DNA of 52,304 nucleotides from a virus (Duplodnaviria; Caudoviricetes): IMG/VR virus record IMGVR_UViG_3300020197_000033, positions 1 to 52,304 of that record; one strand, 5' to 3'. Shown piece by piece: positions 1 to 9,466 of this stretch (position 1 is its first letter; each line of letters starts with the position of its first letter). The notes under the pieces were generated by a model. It saw only the letters and a program-made list of their open reading frames with translations, ran no database searches and was not told where the DNA came from. The position numbers and the translations under genes were made by a program.

Positions 1-202
1 CGGAAGTAAGCCGACTCGGAACGGATCGTTCATCTATGGAAATCATTCTCTGGACTTGCGTTGAAGCTCAAAAGCTTATTAACAATGTTCGCACCTCAAA
101 AGTGCCTGATGAAGTAAAAGCAGAGCTTATTCAAATTTATAAAGAACACGCACCAAAGACCTGTAAGTTTACCATAGACGCAAAAGCCGACTGAAGGAAC
201 GC
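1..202 (+). promoter_or_regulatory. Tandem glutamine-riboswitch-like elements (glnA / Downstream-peptide class); first copy truncated by the window edge
   Basis: CGTTC(27-31) pairs with GAACG(197-201); TCTATGG(33-39) pairs with CCATAGA(172-178); 3' block GACGCAAAAGCCGACTGAAGGAACGC; a related 3' half CGGAAGTAAGCCGACTCGGAACGG at 1-24; lies directly upstream of YRG peptides. Confidence 0.75.
36..194 (+). CDS. 52-aa hypothetical protein embedded in the riboswitch-like element
   Basis: Hand translation MEIILWTCVEAQKLINNVRTSKVPDEVKAELIQIYKEHAPKTCKFTIDAKAD*; below the ORF-track cutoff. Confidence 0.6.
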   Translation: MEIILWTCVEAQKLINNVRTSKVPDEVKAELIQIYKEHAPKTCKFTIDAKAD

Positions 203-234
203 TCTTTAACCTGAACAACTAAGGAGAAAACCTA

Positions 235-375
235 ATGTCAAAAGTCGTATACCGTGGCGTTGAATACGATACCGAAAAGCGTATCGCCTACCAACAGCAA
301 ATGCAACAACAACCTCAACAATACAATGAGACCTATCGTGGGGTCAAATTTGTAAAAGAGGGGACCAAGGGATGA
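235..375 (+). CDS. DUF4278-like YRG-motif small protein (46 aa)
   Basis: MSKVVYRGVEYDT...TYRGVKF; AAGGAG RBS upstream. Confidence 0.85.
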   Translation: MSKVVYRGVEYDTEKRIAYQQQMQQQPQQYNETYRGVKFVKEGTKG

Positions 376-533
376 CAGCAACCTATCGTGGTGTGAAGTA
401 TAATACTCACACTCCGAAACTAGAATATCGTAAGTGGTATTCACAAACACATGCTCCATCGCATCCATCAAACACATATCGTGGTGTTGCTTATCGTCCT
501 TGTAACAACTGGAACTGGGAGGAGAAGAAATGA
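372..533 (+). CDS. Second DUF4278-like YRG-motif small protein (53 aa)
   Basis: MTATYRGVKYNT...TYRGVAYRP; ATGA overlap with previous ORF. Confidence 0.85.
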   Translation: MTATYRGVKYNTHTPKLEYRKWYSQTHAPSHPSNTYRGVAYRPCNNWNWEEKK

Positions 534-631
534 AAAAACTTAACTTCCTACAATTGATTAAGGAACAAAAGCAAAAAGAGGAGCGTCGTCATCAAGCACA
601 ACTAGCACAACTAGTAGGAGCAAAGCAATGA
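530..631 (+). CDS. 33-aa hypothetical peptide
   Basis: MKKLNFLQLIKEQKQKEERRHQAQLAQLVGAKQ; GGAG RBS, ATGA overlap. Confidence 0.65.
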   Translation: MKKLNFLQLIKEQKQKEERRHQAQLAQLVGAKQ

Positions 632-717
632 TGCAAACTGTCGTATCTTTAACTGCTACTATAGCTCTAGGGACAATCTTACTTTCAACCTACATTCAGT
701 GGTTGTACAAGTATTAA
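628..717 (+). CDS. 29-aa hydrophobic peptide
   Basis: MMQTVVSLTATIALGTILLSTYIQWLYKY; AGGAG RBS, ATGA overlap. Confidence 0.55.
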   Translation: MMQTVVSLTATIALGTILLSTYIQWLYKY

Positions 718-722
718 TCAAC

Positions 723-743
723 GGGGGGCAACCCCCTTTTTTT
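723..743 (+). terminator. Intrinsic terminator
   Basis: GGGGG-GCAA-CCCCC followed by a T run. Confidence 0.8.
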
Positions 744-887
744 ATGAGTATATATTCATAGGTATAAATTTTTGTTGTGTAAAGTCATGAAATCCACATA
801 ATTTTACTACATAGTAATAGAATTAAGAGGTGATTTAGATGAACGAAAACTTCTTTATCATGTTGTTCTTTGTGCATGGAGGTTATT

Positions 888-1064
888 ATGCACAATCTAA
901 TCTCTTACAATCAACTAGCTGGATGGAAACACTTTGAGGAAACCGTTGACCGATGCAATGATCAAAATGAATTGATCAATGACTATTTTAACTGTCTGAT
1001 CGAATGCGATGAGGAGAAACAAGTATGTAAGAAAATTTGTAGAGAATTATTGAGTCGTTCTTAA
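888..1064 (+). CDS. Small Cys-containing hypothetical protein (58 aa)
   Basis: GGAGG RBS before ATG 888; MHNLISYNQLAGW...DYFNCLIEC...CKKIC. Confidence 0.8.
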   Translation: MHNLISYNQLAGWKHFEETVDRCNDQNELINDYFNCLIECDEEKQVCKKICRELLSRS

Positions 1065-1085
1065 TTTTTAATTAGAGAATAAAAC

Positions 1086-1116
1086 GGAGGAGACACATGT
1101 CTCCTCTTTTTTTTTG
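1086..1116 (+). terminator. Intrinsic terminator
   Basis: GAGGAGACA-CA-TGTCTCCTC stem followed by a long T run. Confidence 0.85.
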
Positions 1117-1180
1117 TTTCCCTAACAATTTTGCATTTTCAACTATTTAATATTATAATTAGATATTATAACCTTTCTTC

Positions 1181-1384
1181 ATGTCAAATAATCCAGAACG
1201 ATTGGTAACTCAAAAAGAGTGCCAGGAGATGATTGACGCTGCCATAAGGAGGCATAATCGTAATGCGTCTATCATTAGTGCCTGTATCGGTTGGTTAGTT
1301 CTTGCTTTATTTGCCGAAGGACTTTTACGACTTATAGGAGTTATTCCCCCACTACTACCATGGCTCAACATTACCCTGAAATAA
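1181..1384 (+). CDS. Hypothetical membrane protein
   Basis: ORF track; hydrophobic C-terminal half. Confidence 0.7.
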   Translation: MSNNPERLVTQKECQEMIDAAIRRHNRNASIISACIGWLVLALFAEGLLRLIGVIPPLLPWLNITLK

Positions 1385-1551
1385 TAGGCATAGTTCTATT
1401 ACTGGTATTTGCTGGCACAATGTTCTATCAAGGTTCAATGATTATGAAAGGATTGAGAGGTTACAGACACTGTGCAAGAGATCAACACGAATCAGAAAAT
1501 ATGCGACGAAGATTGGAAGAAATGATGAGCGAAAAAATAAATGATCACTGA
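1360..1551 (+). CDS. Hypothetical membrane protein
   Basis: MAQHYPEIIGIVLLLVFAG...; internal ATG of track ORF 1291..1551. Confidence 0.6.
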   Translation: MAQHYPEIIGIVLLLVFAGTMFYQGSMIMKGLRGYRHCARDQHESENMRRRLEEMMSEKINDH

Positions 1552-1753
1552 GGAAGATTTAAAAGAATTGCAAGAAAGAGTTTTAGATTTAAAAATGATA
1601 GAGCTCTTTGAAGAACCATCTACCTACGAAGACGAAGATTATGGAAATGACAGAATTTATTGATTTTATTTCAAAAGAACTTATGATTTCTGTGGTGTTT
1701 ATTGGCGGGGTTGTGATAGGTTATGTAAATGGTATAAAAGATTCTGGAGGTTT

Positions 1754-2254
1754 ATGAGAAAACTAAATGATACACTACTCGGAATCACGGTAGCAATCAT
1801 TGACTTTATCTACCGTGGATTACCAATACAAAGATTTTGGGTGCTTGAGACGATTGCTAGAGCACCATACTTTGCCTTTCTAAGTGTGCTACATCTTAGA
1901 GAAAGTCTGGGACTTAGAACAGAAGCACACTATTTTCTAATGAAAGAACACTTCGCACAGACAATCAATGAAACCGAACACCTTATCGAAATGGAGTCGC
2001 GTGGCGGAAGCGACCGCTGGTTTGATCGCTTTTTCGCTTATCATCTGGTTCTCATCTATTATTGGATTCTGGTGGTTTATTATTCTATTGATCCCGTTTC
2101 TGCTTATCACCTGAACGCAGGCATTGAATATCATGCCACAGAGACCTACTTAAACTACCTCTGGGATCACCAGGAGGACACCAAGATTGCTGAGATCGCA
2201 ACTGATGAAATGAATCATTATATTGAGTTAAACAGAGCGATGGCAATGATATGA
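1754..2254 (+). CDS. ptox: Plastoquinol terminal oxidase (alternative oxidase family)
   Basis: RFWVLETIARAPYF, NETEHL and DEMNH di-iron carboxylate motifs; GGAGG RBS. Confidence 0.95.
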   Translation: MRKLNDTLLGITVAIIDFIYRGLPIQRFWVLETIARAPYFAFLSVLHLRESLGLRTEAHYFLMKEHFAQTINETEHLIEMESRGGSDRWFDRFFAYHLVLIYYWILVVYYSIDPVSAYHLNAGIEYHATETYLNYLWDHQEDTKIAEIATDEMNHYIELNRAMAMI

Positions 2255-4690
2255 CCGACCCAGTGTGGAGTGTAATTTGGTTACTTGGAATAGGATTAGT
2301 AGGTGCTGCCTACATCATTTATTACATTCTTAAACTAGCATCAGATGAGATGAAATGAATGACAAACAAAAACTTATCGCACTCATAGCACTATCAGAAC
2401 AAACATTTGAGGAGAATTACTATGCTTGGTATCGCGTTATCTTTCGTCGCAATCCCTTTCGTTTTATCAACACTCTATTTCGGAACACGAGGAGGATACT
2501 ATGACTCCAAAGATTATAAGGGGAATGGCACCGCACACTAAGGAGAGGTATCAATTTGCTGCCTCTTCCTTTGTTAGAATGTGGGGTCACAGTTCACTAA
2601 ACGATTATAAGATTATAGATTTTTGCCTTGAGTGGGCACATCGAGAAGAAAATGCCCCGTTAGATAATTTCCTTGTAGACCAATACTTTTACTATGAATT
2701 TAAATCCTGGAGAGGCTGGTAATCAAAAATGAGCTTTAATTCCAAAAAAGCTCGGAAAAAAATTTTTGGTATTTTTCGGTCGCCAGGGTCGCTCTAAATA
2801 ATTTTACATGATTGATGCATATGAAGAAAAAAACCATTAGTAAACTTATTCAGGGCCCTTTGCGGTTTCATCATCAAGATATTCATGAAGAATTGGAAGA
2901 AATCAAAACTCTTATTACTAAAGTTTTGGTAAAGTTGGAAGCCTGTGACAAAAAACCAGTAAAACATGAGTTAAACAATACTAATTTGAAGTGGAAAAAT
3001 GAATATGGGTTTTTTCCCGCTTCACAAGTTGAAGAGTCTGTGATAGAATCTACCTAATACTCTCCTTTAAATATTTAAATGTCTATTTTTGGGTTAATCC
3101 TTTTTAATTTATTACTTTTTGCCCTTCTTAGACGACAAGTAAATGTAAAAGTTCGTAAAAGTTTTTCGATTTCTCTGCGTGACTTGGAGGGAAATAAACA
3201 AACCTTGGCAGATACAATTTCTTTTCTTCTAGAACAAAATAAAGTACAAGAACAAAGATTGTTTTATTTGGCCAAAGAGATGGAGGTTCAATGGTCAAAC
3301 ATTGAACTCATAAAAGAAAACCTTCAAATTTCTGATGATGACCTTGGTGACCACCCATTCACGATTCCCGAGGATACAAAAGAAGATGAATGAAAAACAA
3401 CAAAAGAGAAAGGATGCCCTTGGTCTTTTTATTGAAAGCGTTCACAAACCTGATCATGAACTTAGACAATCTGCTCACGATCAAAAGTGTTATCATGAGT
3501 TATTAGAGTGGAGACAAATTATACTTGATTATCTTTATGACCGACAACAAAAAGAATTTGGATCTTGAATTATCTTTATTGATGATTAGAGCTTTAAGAA
3601 AAAACAATCCAGACCAAATAAGAAAAGTTTTTCGACTAACTCCCATTGAGGTTGACTAATTCCTCAGTTTCTTTTATAATTACAGTAGACTCAATATGGA
3701 CCGTATCCTATGGTTAGCAAAAATAATCTAATCAAAGTAAACTTTTATTATAAGGATCATCCCCAAACAAAACTCTCTGTATTTTTGAAAGATGAACTCC
3801 AGGTAGAAGAATACAAGAAAAAACACCCTAATGTAGTTTACTTGGAGCAAGAAAATGTGTAAAAAAAGGAATAAATATTTGTGTCATATTCAGACAAAAT
3901 AATTCACCCAGAATATCCAAAATTAAGTTGGCTAAGAATCGTTGGTAATGCTTTTTTTATTTTTGGATACGGTGTAATTTTATTCAATAACGTTCAATTT
4001 GGAATTTACTGTCGTTTTTTTGGGAATATTTTATCATATCCTTATTTTTATAAGGTAAAGATGTGGGATATGATGACAATTCGTACATTTTTTGCTGTCA
4101 TTGAAGCAGCAAAACTTATTCAAATTTTCTTTTTTTAATATGGCACTGTCACAATCTGTAGAACACTCCCTGAAAGAGGCAGAAGCTGCCTTGCGTAATG
4201 CACTTGCATTTTCTGCGAGACAAGAAGAGCCTTACGTTGCTCGACGAATTTCTGAGATGATCATGGACATCGATTCACTTATCAAAACTGATCAATTTTT
4301 TGATAAAATCGAAAGTATGATGAAGGATCATGAAAAACCATGATTGGAGGTATAGTGATGACAGAATGAAACTTCGACAAGAAATATTTTTAATCTTAAA
4401 ATCTTACCTTACATCAGATGCCAAATTAGTATATGAGTTTTGTCACGTTTGGATTTCGCAGGGGAATATCATTACAACAGATGTCGAAAGAAGTTTCCTT
4501 GATTTCAGGAGAAACTTTTATAATTGAAGCTGGACAACGTTTGAAAATTCAAACAAAAAATGATACACTGATTGAAGGAGTAGTTGTTTGTGTTTTAGAT
4601 GAATATTTTACTTTATGCTTCAATGAAGAAAATTGCACTTCAATATGTCTTTTGGATACGGAATTTATTAGTATAACCTTATTAGAATAA
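2251..4690 (+). other. Run of short + strand hypothetical ORFs (about 30-105 aa each)
   Basis: Closely packed or overlapping ORFs, e.g. 2501-2722, 2812-3057, 3079-3393, 3386-3568, 3881-4138, 4140-4343, 4330-4527; no recognisable motifs. Confidence 0.6.
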
Positions 4691-4694
4691 TCAT

Positions 4695-4931
4695 ATGTTT
4701 ACCATTTATGGAAAAGAAGATTGTGGTTTTTGCCAAAAAATAAAATTGGTATTGGAACTTCTTGGTAAGGAATATGTGTACAAAGAAATTTATACCGATT
4801 TTACTGAAGAAGAATTTCTAGCTAAATTTAAAGGAAAAACGGCTTTTCCGCAAGTAGAATTCGATGGTAAACATATTGGTGATTGCCAACAAACCATTCA
4901 ATATCTAAAAGATCATAGAGTGCTTACTTAA
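4695..4931 (+). CDS. nrdC: Glutaredoxin
   Basis: CGFC active site, AFPQV and HIGDC motifs, 78 aa. Confidence 0.9.
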   Translation: MFTIYGKEDCGFCQKIKLVLELLGKEYVYKEIYTDFTEEEFLAKFKGKTAFPQVEFDGKHIGDCQQTIQYLKDHRVLT

Positions 4932-5121
4932 TGGGACAAGATGAAGATTTTCACATAAATAGAGGTGTGGAATTAATATTAGGAGCGAACAACAAACCAG
5001 AAAAAGCAAAAACCTGGGAGGTATGCTTTGGGAAGTTGATCTCTCTTTTAGATAGAGAATATCACTTCTTTTTAAAGGTATCATTAGACGTAAAAAAGAA
5101 GTAGTTCTCGGAGGAACGAAG

Positions 5122-5349
5122 ATGGAAGTAGCAACAGTTGCAATTTTTGTAATGTTGGGAGTCATTTTCCTCTTAATTGGTGGTATAATTGGATGGTTGG
5201 CACAACAACATCAGTATTACAACTCTCCCCCAGCTCTTCATCCAGAGATGTTTGATTCCAACGGTAACATTATTCCAGACGAAATTTTAGCAGTGAGATT
5301 TGAAAACGATTATGACTACGACGAAGAATACGAAGACGACCAGAACTAG
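5122..5349 (+). CDS. Hypothetical membrane-anchored protein
   Basis: N-terminal TM helix, LHPEMFD motif, acidic tail; GGAGG RBS. Confidence 0.75.
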   Translation: MEVATVAIFVMLGVIFLLIGGIIGWLAQQHQYYNSPPALHPEMFDSNGNIIPDEILAVRFENDYDYDEEYEDDQN

Positions 5350-5878
5350 AACGGCCTCGCCAAAAAGGTCTACTACATCAAAACCAAAGACAGTCCAAGT
5401 TACTAAAAAAATTGACTTGACTCACAATTCTTTGGTCAATGAAATTTTAGACTCTGTGGTTCAAGAACGCACTAGGGCGCAAAAAATTAATGTTCTGCAA
5501 ACTTATGGCGGAGACTTTTTAAAAGCTCTCTTTATTTGGAACTATGATGAAAGTGTAGTTAGTATGATTCCAGCCGGAGAAGTTCCCTATCAACCTTTGA
5601 GTGAAGAATCGGCCCCCGATCCTAAAAAAGGAATTCCTGGTAGAACCACTATTCGCAACGAATGGACCAAATTCTATCACTTTGTAAAAGGTGGAAATGA
5701 TGGTATGAATAAGATCAAGAGGGAAAGTATGTTTATCAATCTCTTAGAATCTCTTCATCCTAAAGAATCGGAAATTATTTGTCTTGTCAAGGACAAAAAT
5801 CTTCAATCAAAGTATAATGTTGCAAAAGATTTGGTTTCAGAAGCTTATCCCGATATTACCTGGGGGGGTCGCAGCTAA
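5312..5878 (+). CDS. Conserved hypothetical T4-like phage protein
   Basis: Long ORF with KRESMFINLLESLHPKE motif. Confidence 0.75.
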   Translation: MTTTKNTKTTRTRTASPKRSTTSKPKTVQVTKKIDLTHNSLVNEILDSVVQERTRAQKINVLQTYGGDFLKALFIWNYDESVVSMIPAGEVPYQPLSEESAPDPKKGIPGRTTIRNEWTKFYHFVKGGNDGMNKIKRESMFINLLESLHPKESEIICLVKDKNLQSKYNVAKDLVSEAYPDITWGGRS

Positions 5879-6132
5879 TGGTGGTCCTTCATCATAACTG
5901 TGATCCAACATTAGCAGAAGATAGAACTCTCCCTTATAACACATATATTGTGAAGTATATTGCTGATGAAGTATTCTGTTATGACATTGTGATCTCAGAT
6001 AAAAAAGTGGAAATTTTTGATTATTATTGGGATAAACATAGAGAGGGACTTATTGCCTTTAAACAAACAGAGGGCAGAGTTAATCCAAGAATATGGTCCA
6101 ATCCAAAGGAAACAAAAACTAAGAAAAAATGA
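5878..6132 (+). CDS. Hypothetical protein
   Basis: ORF track; translational coupling. Confidence 0.7.
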   Translation: MVVLHHNCDPTLAEDRTLPYNTYIVKYIADEVFCYDIVISDKKVEIFDYYWDKHREGLIAFKQTEGRVNPRIWSNPKETKTKKK

Positions 6133-6323
6133 CTGAAAATAACGCAAAAGTCAATATTAATGCTGACGAACTTCTAAAAATTACAAAAAAATATAAAAAA
6201 CTAAAAAAATATATGAAGTCTAATATATACGAACTTCATACATTGGATCAATCTGAAACTTACATTACGAATTTGTTAAAAGATTATGGAGAACAAAGTG
6301 CAAACGACCCCGAACAAAGTTAA
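6129..6323 (+). CDS. Hypothetical protein
   Basis: ORF track; ATGA overlap. Confidence 0.6.
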   Translation: MTENNAKVNINADELLKITKKYKKLKKYMKSNIYELHTLDQSETYITNLLKDYGEQSANDPEQS

Positions 6324-6471
6324 AGAGGCGAATGAAGCTTTGTTTAGTTCTTCAATGAATCTTCCCGCAGCTGCGGTTCACTGTGGTATGACACAAAGAG
6401 AAATGAAAATGACTTTTCGAGAATACCTCAAATATCATCCTCCAATTTATAATGAAAACTCAAGTAATTGA
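6286..6471 (+). CDS. Hypothetical protein, possibly HTH-like
   Basis: MNLPAAAVHCGMTQREM resembles a helix-turn-helix. Confidence 0.6.
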   Translation: MENKVQTTPNKVKEANEALFSSSMNLPAAAVHCGMTQREMKMTFREYLKYHPPIYNENSSN

Positions 6472-6949
6472 TAACTTTATAGAAAAAAATAAGTTCGAAG
6501 AACTGCAAGAACATTTTCTTGGTCCCAACATTCCTTGGTATTTTCATGATGGAATTGTACTGCCTGGGGATGGTGGATATCAATTCATTCACTTAATGTA
6601 TACAGAGTATGCTCCTAAAAGTCCATACTTTAATTTTGTAGAACCAATTTTTAGAGATATGGGTGCAGCATCTATTGTTAGATGCAAAGCAAATCTGCAA
6701 CCTAGAGGAAAAGAAATTATAGAAAATGATTTCCATACAGATTATCAGAACTGTGTAACTACTATCCTTTATATCAATTCTAATGATGGATATACATTAT
6801 TCAAAAATGGTGATAGAATTGAAAGTATAGAAAATAGGGTTGTAATTTTTGATTCTAATTTGGAACATACTGGTACAAATTGTACTGATGAACCCTCTAG
6901 AGTCGTAATAAATTTCAACTTCCACCCTCATGATATTATTCCAAGGTAA
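6452..6949 (+). CDS. 2OG-Fe(II) oxygenase-like protein
   Basis: FHTD (HxD), distal LEHTG, RVVINFN. Confidence 0.85.
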   Translation: MKTQVIDNFIEKNKFEELQEHFLGPNIPWYFHDGIVLPGDGGYQFIHLMYTEYAPKSPYFNFVEPIFRDMGAASIVRCKANLQPRGKEIIENDFHTDYQNCVTTILYINSNDGYTLFKNGDRIESIENRVVIFDSNLEHTGTNCTDEPSRVVINFNFHPHDIIPR

Positions 6950-6954
6950 AACAA

Positions 6955-7134
6955 ATGGATAAGGAACGATTGAAACTTATTGTTCATAATCTAGAACTAT
7001 TGGTTGATTCTCTAAAAGCAGAGGTATATTCTGATGTATCTGCATATAAACCTCGCGTAGAAGCAGAAGTGAGAAGTAAAAATATTGCTGATTATGATGA
7101 AATTTTTGAAGACGACGATGGATACCCAGATTAA
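6955..7134 (+). CDS. 59-aa hypothetical protein
   Basis: Hand translation MDKERLKLIVHNLELLVDSLKAEVYSD...DDDGYPD; fills the gap on the coding strand. Confidence 0.75.
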   Translation: MDKERLKLIVHNLELLVDSLKAEVYSDVSAYKPRVEAEVRSKNIADYDEIFEDDDGYPD

Positions 7135-7139
7135 TTAAT

Positions 7140-7796
7140 ATGCAAATAAAACTTATTTCAGTAACGCCTGATGCAGAAAAAACAATGGCGTATGTTGCTA
7201 GAGTTAGCAACCCTGCGAATCAAGACAACGAAAACTATGCCAAGTTGCTTGCTTATTGTATTAAGCATAATCATTGGTCTGTTTTTGAGCAAGCTCATAT
7301 GACCCTTGAGATTGAAACCTCTCGTGGTATTGCAGCACAAATCTTGCGTCACAGATCATTTACATTTCAAGAGTTTTCGCAACGCTATGCCGATACCAAT
7401 CTCTTAGCAACAGACATTCCTATTCCAGAGTTGCGTCGTCAAGATGAAAAGAATCGTCAGAACTCTATTGATGATCTTGGAGAAGAACAAGTATTTGTTA
7501 TGAATAAAATGATTCAAGACCTCTTCAGAGACGCCCAGGATGTCTATAATTACCTCCTATCGCAAGGAGTAGCAAAGGAGTGTGCAAGGTTTGTACTGCC
7601 CCTGGCGACCCCTACACGCATCTATATGACGGGATCTGTGCGCTCGTGGTTGCACTATATACAATTGAGAACCGCAAATGGTACTCAAAAAGAACACATG
7701 GAAATTGCTAAAGAATGTCAATGTATTTTTGCTGGTCAATTTCCTATTGTAGCAGAAGCTTTAGGGTGGAATCATGGCAACCTATCCAGTAATTAA
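7140..7796 (+). CDS. thyX: FAD-dependent thymidylate synthase
   Basis: HWSVFE and QILRHRSFTFQEFSQRY (RHRx7S) motifs. Confidence 0.97.
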   Translation: MQIKLISVTPDAEKTMAYVARVSNPANQDNENYAKLLAYCIKHNHWSVFEQAHMTLEIETSRGIAAQILRHRSFTFQEFSQRYADTNLLATDIPIPELRRQDEKNRQNSIDDLGEEQVFVMNKMIQDLFRDAQDVYNYLLSQGVAKECARFVLPLATPTRIYMTGSVRSWLHYIQLRTANGTQKEHMEIAKECQCIFAGQFPIVAEALGWNHGNLSSN

Positions 7797-8025
7797 TAAA
7801 ACTACAGGTGAACAAAAAGAAGTGGAAATGAGTGTTCACGATTGGGATCAATGGAAGTTAGATAATCCTGAATGGGATAGAGATTGGAGCGATCCATCGA
7901 CCTGTCCTGGTTCTGGTGAGGTTGGTGAATGGAAAGATAAACTTGTTAATAGAAATCCTGGTTGGAACGAAGTTTTAAAGAAAGCGCAAAAAGCTGGCGC
8001 CAATCGTCAAAAATTAACAATTTAA
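7774..8025 (+). CDS. Conserved hypothetical protein
   Basis: MATYPVINKTTGE...; sits between thyX and phoH. Confidence 0.8.
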   Translation: MATYPVINKTTGEQKEVEMSVHDWDQWKLDNPEWDRDWSDPSTCPGSGEVGEWKDKLVNRNPGWNEVLKKAQKAGANRQKLTI

Positions 8026-8027
8026 CT

Positions 8028-8783
8028 ATGGCAAGAAAAAGAAGACTTGATGATCCTATTGGAGTGGGATTGACCGCAAAACAAATGAGGCGTCGCAAGC
8101 CAATTAATTCCGATATGATGAACGATGTTCAGCCATTGACGAATGCTCAACGCAATATGTTTGAGGCGTGGGAAAATAACAAACATCTTTTTGCATATGG
8201 TTGTGCCGGCACGGGTAAAACATTTATAGCACTGTTTCTTGCACTTAAGGATGTTTTAGATGAGAACACTCCTTATGAAAAAGTCTACATTGTTAGGTCT
8301 CTTGTAGCGACAAGAGAGATTGGTTTTCTTCCTGGTGACCACGAAGATAAGTCATCTCTCTATCAGATTCCATATAAGAACATGGTAAAGTATATGTTTG
8401 GGTTCCCCAGTGATCCTGATTTTGAAATGCTTTATGGAAACTTAAAAACTCAAGAAACAATTTCATTCTGGTCTACCTCATTCTTACGTGGCACTACTAT
8501 GAATGACTGTATCATCCTTGTAGATGAAATGCAAAACTTGAACTTTCATGAATTAGATAGTATAATTACTAGAGTTGGTGACAACTGTAAGATTATATTT
8601 TGCGGTGATGCCACACAAACAGATCTCACTAAGTCATATGAACGGGATGGAATCATAGATTTCAAAAAAATAATCGAAGTCATGGAAAATGACTTTTCTG
8701 TTATTGAATTTGGATTAGATGATATCGTTCGTTCGGGGTTAGTTAGAAATTATCTCGTTACAAAACTTGCCCTGGCTTTATAA
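8028..8783 (+). CDS. phoH: PhoH-like ATPase
   Basis: GCAGTGKT Walker A, IGFLPG, LRGTT, DEMQN, GDATQTDL, DIVRSGLV. Confidence 0.96.
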   Translation: MARKRRLDDPIGVGLTAKQMRRRKPINSDMMNDVQPLTNAQRNMFEAWENNKHLFAYGCAGTGKTFIALFLALKDVLDENTPYEKVYIVRSLVATREIGFLPGDHEDKSSLYQIPYKNMVKYMFGFPSDPDFEMLYGNLKTQETISFWSTSFLRGTTMNDCIILVDEMQNLNFHELDSIITRVGDNCKIIFCGDATQTDLTKSYERDGIIDFKKIIEVMENDFSVIEFGLDDIVRSGLVRNYLVTKLALAL

Positions 8784-9466
8784 TGTTTGTTCATCTAGAT
8801 ATCTTAAAAGATTTTGAAATCGAAGCAAAACTTATAGATGGAGTTAGATATTATCCTATATCTGAAGATAAACTTTATCCGTCTATAACTTCTGTTACGA
8901 GTTTTTTCAATAGACAGATTTTTTCAGAATGGAGACAAAAAGTTGGTGAAGAAGAGGCAAATAAAATTACTAAGGTATCAACTGAACGAGGAACTAAATT
9001 TCACGATTTGGTAGAAAAATATCTACTTAATATTGATTTAAAAACTCTAGATATCTTACCATCTACTAAGGCACTTTTCCTTTCGGCAAAACCGTATCTA
9101 GATAATATAAATAATATTCATGCATTAGAAAAACCACTCTACAGCGATTATTTTGGAATAGCTGGACGGGTGGACTGTATTGCAGAATATAACGGTGAAC
9201 TTTCAGTCATTGACTTTAAGACATCTAAGAAAATTAAACCAGAAGCGTGGATTGAACAGTATTTTGTTCAGGAAACTGCATACGCCTGCATGTACTATGA
9301 AATGACAGGCAAAATTGTTGAAAAAATTGTAACCATCATGGTTGCTGAAAATGGAGAATGCGTCGTCTATGAGAAAAGAAACAAAGCTGACTATATTAAG
9401 CTTCTTACCAAGTACATCAAAGAATTCGTCACCCATAAACTTGGAGAGTATGGAGAAAGACTTTAA
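8783..9466 (+). CDS. PD-(D/E)XK exonuclease
   Basis: YPSITSV, RGTKFH, AGRVDC...IDFKTS, QETAYA. Confidence 0.9.
   Translation: MFVHLDILKDFEIEAKLIDGVRYYPISEDKLYPSITSVTSFFNRQIFSEWRQKVGEEEANKITKVSTERGTKFHDLVEKYLLNIDLKTLDILPSTKALFLSAKPYLDNINNIHALEKPLYSDYFGIAGRVDCIAEYNGELSVIDFKTSKKIKPEAWIEQYFVQETAYACMYYEMTGKIVEKIVTIMVAENGECVVYEKRNKADYIKLLTKYIKEFVTHKLGEYGERL

Noticed and set aside
238-477. 79-aa minus-strand ORF
   Set aside because: Antisense shadow of the two YRG peptides, which have RBSs and motifs
8783-9466. Cas4 assignment for the exonuclease
   Set aside because: No four-Cys Fe-S pattern; this is the usual nuclease between phoH and g33
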